A stretch of 64,000 nt of DNA from an uncultured Dehalococcoidales bacterium (lineage in GTDB: Bacteria > Chloroflexota > Dehalococcoidia > GIF9 > UBA5629), in NCBI GenBank assembly GCA_964437795.1, contig CAYTIC010000004.1:3475-67474 (forward strand), read 5' to 3'. Below the pieces are notes generated by a model. It made no database searches. It was not told the DNA's origin and worked only from the letters and a program-made list of their open reading frames with translations. The translations under genes and the position numbers were made by a program. Below, piece by piece: positions 56,503 to 64,000 of this stretch. The first letter of the stretch is position 1, and each line of letters begins with the position of its first letter.

Positions 56503-57639
56503 ATGCGTGGATTTATAAATGCAAATACGGCCGGCTTCCTGGCCCTTTTGCTTATCGCCGCAATAGCGGTTTCAGGATGCGTTACCCCGGTCCCAGTTGC
56601 GTCTACCGAGCCGGTTCCCGTACAGGCAAAGGAACAGGAAGCAGCTGTCATTGAGCCCACACCCCCGGGTATGGTCAACACAGTGCTGGGACCCATATCT
56701 CCCGACCAACTCGGCCAGGTGCTGGTGCATGAGCACTTCGTTTTCAGCCGTGCGGGATGGTACGCGGATGCAACGATTGCCCCGTATGACCGCGGCGCTG
56801 CCATGCAGGCCGGGCTTAATGCCTGCCTGCTGGCCAGGGCAGCGGGGATCAATGCTATTATCGATGCAACGCCCAACGATTGCGGCAGGGACCCCGAGCT
56901 TTACAGGGGGCTGAGCAGGAAAACCCTGATGAACATAATCTGCTCAACCGGGCTTTATTACGAGAAGGGAGGCGCTCCGGGCTACTGGGAGGCCAAGGCA
57001 CAGCTCGGCCAGGATATATCCAGAATGATAGCCGAGCTTTTTATCAAAGAGATCAGGGATGGTATCGGCGCCACCGGTATCAGGGCGGGTGTCATCAAGG
57101 TCTCTTCGAGCGAGATTATCACACCTTATGAAGAGGCTGTCTTCAAGGCGGCTGTGATAGCCCAAAAGGCTACCGGTGTGCCGATTATCACACATACGCA
57201 GGGGCCAGGACCGGGCATAGCGCAGGCGGACCTTTTCATCAGGGAAGGCGCCGACCTTAAAAAAATCATGATCGGGCACGTTTCCAATAACGCTGATATC
57301 GGATATCATCAGGCCATAATCGAGAAGGGATTGAATGTGGGATTTGACCAGCTCGGGTTGAACTATATACCGGACGAGCAAAATGTGCGTAATATCGCTG
57401 ATCTGTGTAAACGCGGATATGCCGATCGGATCATGCTCTCCCAGGATACGGTCAATTACTGGCTGGGACGTTCACTTGTAGAAGATGCGCCGCTGAAGGT
57501 CACCGAAGCGATCTCTAAATGGAAAATCGACCACGTTGCACGGGACATTTTACCTGCGCTGAAAAAGGCCGGGGTCACCGATGAACAGATCACGCAGATG
57601 ATGGTTGACAATCCACGTAACATGTTCGCGGGGCGGTAG
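56503..57639 (+). CDS. phosphotriesterase (PTE/aryldialkylphosphatase, amidohydrolase superfamily) family lipoprotein
   Basis: Signal peptide with AVSGC lipobox; HEH metal motif (LVHEHFVF), IKV, ITHT, GH, SQD typical of PF02126. Confidence 0.8.
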   Translation: MRGFINANTAGFLALLLIAAIAVSGCVTPVPVASTEPVPVQAKEQEAAVIEPTPPGMVNTVLGPISPDQLGQVLVHEHFVFSRAGWYADATIAPYDRGAAMQAGLNACLLARAAGINAIIDATPNDCGRDPELYRGLSRKTLMNIICSTGLYYEKGGAPGYWEAKAQLGQDISRMIAELFIKEIRDGIGATGIRAGVIKVSSSEIITPYEEAVFKAAVIAQKATGVPIITHTQGPGPGIAQADLFIREGADLKKIMIGHVSNNADIGYHQAIIEKGLNVGFDQLGLNYIPDEQNVRNIADLCKRGYADRIMLSQDTVNYWLGRSLVEDAPLKVTEAISKWKIDHVARDILPALKKAGVTDEQITQMMVDNPRNMFAGR

Positions 57640-57684
57640 TACGTGCGATACTGAATTAGATATACTTCTATAGGAGTAGTAGTC

Positions 57685-59076
57685 ATGAATAAGATTGAAG
57701 AAAGCATCAGGGAATTTGCTCTAAAGGCCGGCGCCGGGCTGGTCGGCATGGCCGGGCCAGAGAGGCTGGATGGTCCGCCTTCGCTAGATCCCGGTTATAC
57801 CTTGAGAGGGGCCAAATCGGTTGTATCTTTGGTTATACCCATGAATGTGCCCGCTATCTACGATTTTCTAAGTAAAAAATCATCCGGGCCGCACAATGTC
57901 GACCAGATGCGCATGAACCAGCGGGTACACCGCATAGCCGGAGAGGTCGCAGATTACATAGAGAGTCTGGGTCATAAGGCAAAGGCGGTGCCTGCAAATA
58001 ATACTTACCGCCGCGCACTGGACCCTTTCTGCACGCGTCCCAGCTTCTCCCACCGCTTCGGCGCCGTGGTGGCCGGATTGGGCACATTCGGGCTTTCGGG
58101 CAATGTGGTCACAAAAGACTTCGGCGCAGCGGTCTACCTGGGCTCGGTTGTGACTACTGCCGTGCTTGAATCAGACTCCTCATTGCCCGCGCGACATGCG
58201 ATGGACACCCGCTGCCGCACGTGCAAGCTGTGCGACAAATCCTGCACCCTGCGCATGTTCGAGGACAACGAAGAAGAGTACCTTCTGTTGAACGGCGAAT
58301 TGCACGCGCGCGGCAAGCGCAATAACGTCGATTTCTGCAACCTTTCATGCTTTGGGCTGCATGCCATATCACAGGATAAAAAATGGTCCAACTGGGGGCG
58401 GCATGTGGTCAAGGAATGGCTGGACAACCAGCCGGACCCGCAGAAAAGCGAGTATGTCAGGGGTATGCTCATGAGGCAGGGCGCAATGAGCGGCGACAGC
58501 ACACCGCGCTTCGAGGTCATCCGCCGCGTTGGCGCGAAGCTCTGGCCCAGGGAGGCCATCGAAGATTCCTTGCCTGATTACAAAGACCTGCCGGAGGCGG
58601 AGAAGGACATTTGCGATTTGCTGGTAAAAGCAGAGGAGAGGTTGGGGATATATGGACTTAAGGATCCCTATGTGCTGACCTGCGGACAGTGTGCGCTGGT
58701 CTGCGGGCCGGACTTTGAGGAGACTAAGAAACGTTTTGATCTGCTGACGCAGAGCGGCTACGTTGTCCCCGGACCCGAAGGAAAGATGGTGCGCGTAAAA
58801 ACGCTGGAGGAGTATTTTAAGGTTAAGGAACAGTATCCGGTCAAAATCGATCGCTCGCAGATAATGAAGGATGCCAATGCTTCTGGCTCGGTTTGGCTGC
58901 GCGACTACTTCGGATTTGAGCCGGCGGGTGAATTGAAGAACAGCATCTATCAGGCCAGGAATAAAAAGGCCTGTTCAAAGGCCGGCCTGGCTGGCAAGGA
59001 AGCCAGGCCCTTGTATATCGGCAACCCGGGCTACCTGTTGTCGGTAATCGCACCCAAGAAGAAAAAGAAGAGGTGA
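57685..59076 (+). CDS. RdhA/QueG-superfamily cobalamin/[4Fe-4S] protein, cytoplasmic
   Basis: IREFALKAGAGLVGMAG N-terminus; SHRFGAVVAGLGTFG core; CRTCKLCDKSC and CGQCALVCGP ferredoxin motifs; no TAT signal. Confidence 0.65.
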   Translation: MNKIEESIREFALKAGAGLVGMAGPERLDGPPSLDPGYTLRGAKSVVSLVIPMNVPAIYDFLSKKSSGPHNVDQMRMNQRVHRIAGEVADYIESLGHKAKAVPANNTYRRALDPFCTRPSFSHRFGAVVAGLGTFGLSGNVVTKDFGAAVYLGSVVTTAVLESDSSLPARHAMDTRCRTCKLCDKSCTLRMFEDNEEEYLLLNGELHARGKRNNVDFCNLSCFGLHAISQDKKWSNWGRHVVKEWLDNQPDPQKSEYVRGMLMRQGAMSGDSTPRFEVIRRVGAKLWPREAIEDSLPDYKDLPEAEKDICDLLVKAEERLGIYGLKDPYVLTCGQCALVCGPDFEETKKRFDLLTQSGYVVPGPEGKMVRVKTLEEYFKVKEQYPVKIDRSQIMKDANASGSVWLRDYFGFEPAGELKNSIYQARNKKACSKAGLAGKEARPLYIGNPGYLLSVIAPKKKKKR

Positions 59077-59170
59077 GCGGTGTCCCTCGCCTGAAGAGTG
59101 ATAAGATATATGTCAGAAATATCCTGAAATAGCTTTTTAATTATTTTAAGCAGGAGGATAGGGAGAGAAA

Positions 59171-60880
59171 ATGAGGTTATTGATGCTGTTAAAAAAGTTT
59201 ACACATTCCCTTATTGCGCTATTACTCGTGATCTCGTTTACAATTTGTATCCCGGCTAATAGTGCCATAGCTGATGAAGCGGCGCCACCGTCAGCGAAAT
59301 ACCTGGTGTTGATAAGCATCGACTCATGCCGGCCGGACTACCTCGCCCTGACGCCGACGCCTAACATCGATAGTTTAAAAGCGTCCGGAACTTACTACTC
59401 CAACTCCTGGGTCGGGCAGGTGAGCAACGACACACCGCCCGGGCAGACCAGCATGTCGACGGGATCATTTGGTAAAAACACTCGCATTATAAGCTTCAAC
59501 TGGAGGGACAGAGTCGCACTGCCTGCGGATTGGGAGTTCAAGCTCGCCATCACTAACAAGGTGCTGGAGCTGATTAAGGCAACAGGATGGGATGCGCTCG
59601 GCCTATGGTATCAGCAGAACATGGTGCGCAAGACCATCGAGGGTAACTTTATAACCAATTTCGATAATGTCGTATCCGGATTTTTCAACAGTTATATCAG
59701 GAAATCCGGCGTCCCCAGCATCGGTTCTCTCTATAAAAAGGCCAATCCCGGCGCCAAGGTGGCTGCAATAAGCTGTGATAAGTGGTATGCCTGTGCCGGC
59801 CTGGCCGCGGATAGCGCTGATTACACGGTGTTCGCTGAGGCCAAGGGAGTAGCACCGATCGGTTACAACAATGTTTCACATCTGAAGCCGGTGGGAGTGA
59901 CAGGGATGCTGCCGCCGGATTACATCATGAACGATCCGTCTCTGATCAGGGAAGTGAAGGACGAACGCGATACCGACACCTGGGCAACCGACGTGGCCCT
60001 GCAGGTGATTGAGAAGACCGGCCCTCAGGTACTGCTTATCAACCTGCCGGCAACCGACGATGCCGGGCATGCCACCGGTGGGATCACCGATCCGCAAAAG
60101 ATGTCCGCTGTAATTGCCAACGTCGATGTGCAGATCGGGCGCATCATAGATGCCTATAAAAAAGCGGGCAAATATGATGACACAGTGTGGGTAATCACCT
60201 CGGACCATGCCATGACTCCTCTCAGCATTAAAATAGAGCAACCGGTAATAGATAAACTGCTGGTAGAGGCACGCAACTTTTCCAACGTGGGGACCCACGT
60301 ATACCTGATGGACCAATCGCAGACACAGCAGGTGGCAGAGAAGCTTACAGAGGCTGGCATACCCGGCATTTTCGGCGCCTATTACAAGGTCAAGTCATCA
60401 AGCGGCAGCTACAGCTATGTGCCTGCCAGGGCTACCGCGCCAAAAGTGGAGGGGAACCTGGATACATGTTACAGGTATTTGCTTGATACCTATGCGGGCG
60501 AGAGCAGCCCGGATATTGAGTTGCTCCCAGTGGAGAACTGCCACATTAACTGGACCATGTTCGATTGCAAACCCTTTGTTGGCAACCACGATTCCATCTC
60601 CTGGCTGCAGCAGCATAATATCCTGATCATATCGGGTCCCGGGACCAAAAAGGGCTTCGTCTCTGAAAGCCCTGCACGGCTGGTCGATATTGCTCCGACG
60701 GCACTGACGCTACTGGGGATCAGGCCGGAGCGCATGGACGGCATTGTGCTGTCCGATGCACTGGAGTCGCCTACCACCACACAGCTCCATACTCAGATGA
60801 CGGTGAACGGCCAGCTCATTCCCCTGGAGCAGGCACTGAAAGAGCGGTCTGAGGCCGATATCAAGGCGCAAGTTAAGTAA
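59171..60880 (+). CDS. secreted alkaline-phosphatase-superfamily type I phosphodiesterase family protein (paralog of 53396)
   Basis: Signal peptide; LVLISIDSCRPDY…TPPGQTSMSTG. Confidence 0.8.
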   Translation: MRLLMLLKKFTHSLIALLLVISFTICIPANSAIADEAAPPSAKYLVLISIDSCRPDYLALTPTPNIDSLKASGTYYSNSWVGQVSNDTPPGQTSMSTGSFGKNTRIISFNWRDRVALPADWEFKLAITNKVLELIKATGWDALGLWYQQNMVRKTIEGNFITNFDNVVSGFFNSYIRKSGVPSIGSLYKKANPGAKVAAISCDKWYACAGLAADSADYTVFAEAKGVAPIGYNNVSHLKPVGVTGMLPPDYIMNDPSLIREVKDERDTDTWATDVALQVIEKTGPQVLLINLPATDDAGHATGGITDPQKMSAVIANVDVQIGRIIDAYKKAGKYDDTVWVITSDHAMTPLSIKIEQPVIDKLLVEARNFSNVGTHVYLMDQSQTQQVAEKLTEAGIPGIFGAYYKVKSSSGSYSYVPARATAPKVEGNLDTCYRYLLDTYAGESSPDIELLPVENCHINWTMFDCKPFVGNHDSISWLQQHNILIISGPGTKKGFVSESPARLVDIAPTALTLLGIRPERMDGIVLSDALESPTTTQLHTQMTVNGQLIPLEQALKERSEADIKAQVK

Positions 60881-60907
60881 CAGCGATCGATGATGAGGGG
60901 ATAATAA

Positions 60908-61498
60908 GTGAAAAAGCCGCTGAAAATCATACTTGCGGTGCTGGTGGTGCTGGTAGCAGGTGGGGCTATCGGCTACTGGTCCGCCATGTGGTCCTATGAT
61001 CCTCTGTACCGGGCAGGCACAATTAAAAATGGCCCGTGGATGACAAACCTCACTATCGGCAGCCGGGAAGCCGGCCTGCACATCAAGGCTGTCATAGCGA
61101 TGACTTCCCTTCTGGCACTGACAAAATCGGAGGCTGTCTACTATCAGGCGGAGGTAGATGGGAGCGGCAAACCTCTCAGCACGAAATGTGTTTATCGGAT
61201 TGATGGCAAAGGGCTTGATGCAGGATGGTGGAGTATCACAGTTTATGGACAGGACAATTTCCTCATACCAAATGAGAAGAATATCTACTCATATAACATG
61301 GACACCGTAAAAACTAGTCCAGACGGCAGCTATAGCATCTACCTGTCGTCAAGCCCACAGGAACAGAACTGGCTGCCCGTGGGCACCGGAGACCAGAAAA
61401 TAACCCTTCTTCTGCGCCTGTATAATCCGGGTCCCACCGTTTATGCCGACCCGGGAGGTATAGAGCTTCCCCGTATCGTTAGGGATGGCTGCAAATGA
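60908..61498 (+). CDS. DUF1214 family protein (secreted/membrane-anchored)
   Basis: GTG start with GAGGGGA RBS; N-terminal TM; family call from memory. Confidence 0.55.
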   Translation: MKKPLKIILAVLVVLVAGGAIGYWSAMWSYDPLYRAGTIKNGPWMTNLTIGSREAGLHIKAVIAMTSLLALTKSEAVYYQAEVDGSGKPLSTKCVYRIDGKGLDAGWWSITVYGQDNFLIPNEKNIYSYNMDTVKTSPDGSYSIYLSSSPQEQNWLPVGTGDQKITLLLRLYNPGPTVYADPGGIELPRIVRDGCK

Positions 61499-62022
61499 AG
61501 AAGTGGATTTTGTGGACAGCACTGGCGACAATTCTTTTCGCGCTGGCCGTGCATCTTGCCGTGGTGGCCTACATTCCTTACAAAGTCATGGACACGGTCA
61601 TGAATGTCCGCTTCAAGGATTTGCCGCGCAACACCATGAATTTCGGCCCGCCGACGACTGTTGAATCCAGGGATGTGGTCAGACCTTCACCGGATATCCT
61701 CTACTCAATTTGCATATACGATGTTTCAAAGAAACCCCTCCTCATAACATGTCCGTTGCCTGAAGGGTATTGGTCAGCCTCGTTTTATGCCGATAATACG
61801 GACAATTTCTTTGTTATTAACGACAGACAGGCAAGGTCAAACCCTGTGCAGCTTTTACTGGTGGGTAAAAATAACACAGCTACTGAACTGGCCAATGCAA
61901 TAACCGTCAAGGCACAGAGCGATAGGGGTCTGGTACTGATACGCATGTTAGTGCCGGACGAGAATGCGCTGCCCTCGCTGATAGATGTCCAGCAGAAGGC
62001 CGGTTGTAAACAATTGGAATAG
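61495..62022 (+). CDS. DUF1254 family protein
   Basis: ATGA overlap with the previous gene; N-terminal TM; DUF1254/DUF1214 are a known co-occurring pair. Confidence 0.55.
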   Translation: MKKWILWTALATILFALAVHLAVVAYIPYKVMDTVMNVRFKDLPRNTMNFGPPTTVESRDVVRPSPDILYSICIYDVSKKPLLITCPLPEGYWSASFYADNTDNFFVINDRQARSNPVQLLLVGKNNTATELANAITVKAQSDRGLVLIRMLVPDENALPSLIDVQQKAGCKQLE

Positions 62023-62071
62023 GCTATTTCCAATTGTGATGGATGAGTTTAGTATTAACAAGGAGATAGAT

Positions 62072-62599
62072 ATGGCTAAGAAAGATAAAACCGAAGCGGA
62101 CTATGACAAAGAGCTGGCGGCAGTCTGCGGCCTGTTCTGTCCTTCTTGTACCCTCTATATCGGTACTCAGGAAGATCCGCAGAGGCTTAAATTCCTGGCT
62201 GAAAGATTCAAGCTCCCGCCGGAAGAGGTCCGATGCGGCGGATGCCGTTCGGAGTTGCGCTCCTTTTACTGTCGGGATATCTGCAAGATGGCCAGGTGCG
62301 CTGCTGAAAAGGGGATCGAGTTTTGTGGAAGCTGCGAGTCATATCCCTGCCAGGAGTTAAAAGATTTCCAGTGCGCCATGCCGCACAGGATCGAGCTTTG
62401 GAGTTCGCTGGACCGCATCCGTGAGGTCGGTCCCGAGATATGGTATTCCGAGATGTTGGAGCACTACGCGTGCCCCTCCTGCGGGACGATCAACTCCGCT
62501 TACGATTTCCAGTGCCGCAAGTGTGGTGGCGAGCCGGGCAGCAGGTATGTGGCGGAGCATAAGGATGAGATAGTCAGGCAGCTTGGCAAAATGAAATAA
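62072..62599 (+). CDS. Cys-rich DUF3795-like protein
   Basis: AAGGAG RBS before ATG 62072; multiple CxxC pairs (CPSC, CGGC, CGSC, CPSC, CRKC). Confidence 0.55.
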   Translation: MAKKDKTEADYDKELAAVCGLFCPSCTLYIGTQEDPQRLKFLAERFKLPPEEVRCGGCRSELRSFYCRDICKMARCAAEKGIEFCGSCESYPCQELKDFQCAMPHRIELWSSLDRIREVGPEIWYSEMLEHYACPSCGTINSAYDFQCRKCGGEPGSRYVAEHKDEIVRQLGKMK

Positions 62600-62630
62600 T
62601 TCATTTTTACGAAGGTATTGGCTACGAAAT

Positions 62631-62670
62631 GAGGGGCGGACTTTTAAGTCCGCCCCTCATTATTTTATTT
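62631..62670. terminator. bidirectional intrinsic terminator between convergent genes
   Basis: gaggggcggactt-tt-aagtccgcccctc hairpin followed by attattttattt on the + strand. Confidence 0.7.
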
Positions 62671-64000
62671 ACAGTAGTTCTTGATCAGTTGAATATAGAA
62701 GCTGATCATCTCGCCATAGTTGTTGACTGAGATGCGCTCGTTGGTGCCGTGGAGAAGCACCAGATCCTCGCTGGTGAACCTCTGGGGCAGGAAACGCAGA
62801 ATGTTGGGCGACAGGCCTACGTAGCGTGAAGCGTCCGAGGCGGAGTTTACCAGCGCAGGCGTGACCAGCGCCTCAGGGAACACGTCCTTAATAGACTGGT
62901 TGAAGGTCTTGAAGGCCCAGGTATCCGTGCCAGAAACCGGTGATGCCTCGGTACCCCCCTTTCCGTATTGTTTAACAGTGACGCGCGGGTCGTCGATCAC
63001 TTTTATTACGCGCTGCGTCACACTTTTAATGGAATCTCCCGGCATGAGGCGGAAATTGACCACGGCTGAAGCGCGTGTGGGGAGAACATTTTCGCGCTGG
63101 CTCCCCTGCAACATGGTGGGCGCAGTGGTAGTCCTCAGCGTGGCATCGGTAGGAGGTGAGGCGGCCAGCTGGCTCTCGATGACAGGGCCCAGCAGCCACA
63201 TATTGGCGAAGATGGTCTTATACAGCGGTGTCATCTCCGGACCCAGGTATTCAAACATCCATGACGCCGGGCCTGCCAGGTTGCCGGGGAAGGGATTTTT
63301 CTCCAGCTTATCCACGGCAGCGGCAACAATGCCGGCGGCGGTCTGCCGCGGAGGCATGGATGAATGCCCGCCCGCTGATTCGGCTGAAAGCTCCAGGTTC
63401 AGATAACCCTTCTCGGCGGTGCCGATGAGAGCAACCGGAGCTTTTACGCCTGGTATTGCCCCGGTAATGATCAGCTCACCTTCATCGGTGATCATCTCGA
63501 AATCCTGGCCCTGATCCTTGAAGTACTGCGCGATCTTGCCCGCGCCCTCCAAACCGGTTATCTCCTCGTCAAAACCTGAGGCCAGGTATACTGAGCGAAC
63601 CGGCTGAAAGCCGTCCTTTATCAGGTATTCCATGGCTTCCAACATACTGAGCAACGTGCATTTATCGTCGAGTGTGCCGCGGCCCCATATGTAGCCGTCG
63701 GCGATCGTTCCCGAGAACGGCGGATATTTCCAGCCTTCAGCTACCGCCGGGACCACGTCCTGGTGGGCCAGCAGCAAAATGGGCTTCTTCTGCGGGTCGC
63801 TTCCCTTCCACATATAGAGCAGGCCGTAGTTGTTGATGACCTTTACATCCAGGGTGGAATACACCAGGGGGTAGGTCTTCTTAAGGTATTCCTGCTGTTT
63901 GGCGAAGGGCTCGTAATCCACCGTCGATGCATCCTCGTTAAAAACGGTCTGGAACTTTATGGACTCCGACAGCCTTTGCGCTGCCTGGTTGCTGTCTATT
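62665..64000 (-). CDS. M20 family peptidase/amidohydrolase (paralog of 4626-6089), 5' end beyond the window
   Basis: LLAHQDVVP…GRGTLDDK…SGFDEEITG; the reading frame remains open and homologous to the paralog up to nt 64000. Confidence 0.8.
   Translation of the reverse strand, partial: IDSNQAAQRLSESIKFQTVFNEDASTVDYEPFAKQQEYLKKTYPLVYSTLDVKVINNYGLLYMWKGSDPQKKPILLLAHQDVVPAVAEGWKYPPFSGTIADGYIWGRGTLDDKCTLLSMLEAMEYLIKDGFQPVRSVYLASGFDEEITGLEGAGKIAQYFKDQGQDFEMITDEGELIITGAIPGVKAPVALIGTAEKGYLNLELSAESAGGHSSMPPRQTAAGIVAAAVDKLEKNPFPGNLAGPASWMFEYLGPEMTPLYKTIFANMWLLGPVIESQLAASPPTDATLRTTTAPTMLQGSQRENVLPTRASAVVNFRLMPGDSIKSVTQRVIKVIDDPRVTVKQYGKGGTEASPVSGTDTWAFKTFNQSIKDVFPEALVTPALVNSASDASRYVGLSPNILRFLPQRFTSEDLVLLHGTNERISVNNYGEMISFYIQLIKNYCK

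Noticed and set aside
51677-59076. Respiratory reductive dehalogenase (RdhAB) operon
   Set aside because: Neither RdhA-like protein has a twin-arginine signal, and no small hydrophobic RdhB anchor gene is adjacent; a cytoplasmic catabolic or QueG-like role is more consistent.
1-64000. Mobile genetic element, prophage or integron boundaries
   Set aside because: There are no integrase, transposase, recombinase, phage structural or attC-like sequences; the only mobile-like signals are the two small MITE/REP-like repeats.

Overview
A 64 kb, high-GC (~58-60%) bacterial chromosomal window, probably from an anaerobic sediment-type organism; taxonomy cannot be assigned from sequence alone, though the gene content (many CoA-transferases and crotonases, Bcr/Hgd-type radical enzymes, RdhA/QueG-like proteins, a DUF169-like protein, abundant FHA/STK signalling) resembles Chloroflexota or other anaerobic degraders. 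No rRNA or tRNA genes, CRISPR arrays, integrases or prophage genes were seen. The ORF track uses alternative start codons, so several starts were re-evaluated against RBS spacing. Content in order: (i) an acyl-CoA metabolism block (two family-III CoA-transferases plus two enoyl-CoA hydratases, an M20 peptidase, an MFS transporter, an SDR); (ii) housekeeping genes (tlyA-like methyltransferase, S2P/M50 protease, purF-purM-purH with a near-consensus promoter, RidA, GDPD, an orphan DNA methyltransferase, hemolysin-III, an MBL hydrolase flanked by two copies of a ~85-90 bp MITE/REP-like palindromic repeat, hbd, crotonase); (iii) a dense FHA-centred Ser/Thr phospho-signalling island (24.4-32.1 kb): three tandem paralogous single-pass membrane proteins with a large ectodomain and a cytoplasmic C-terminal FHA domain (one carries an extreme poly-proline stalk encoded by a 15-bp tandem repeat), a membrane-anchored Hanks kinase, a PP2C phosphatase, a zinc-ribbon-FHA protein and an FHA-OmpR-type winged-helix regulator; (iv) an anaerobic aryl/acyl-CoA catabolic island (32-51.6 kb): crotonases, a HemN-like radical SAM enzyme, an SCP-x thiolase plus DUF35 partner, three paralogous MFS transporters, three AMP-ligases, a PadR regulator and a four-subunit Bcr/Hgd-type ATP-dependent enzyme with an extra near-identical paralog of one subunit; (v) a co-directional 12.5 kb cluster (50-62.6 kb) of two cytoplasmic RdhA/QueG-family cobalamin/Fe-S proteins, a TetR regulator, two secreted AP-superfamily phosphodiesterases, a phosphotriesterase-family lipoprotein, a DUF169-like protein and a DUF1214/DUF1254/DUF3795 trio. 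The last is inferred to be an uncharacterised organophosphate-ester (possibly halogenated) catabolic system. The FHA island and the RdhA-phosphoesterase cluster are the best candidates for undescribed biology.
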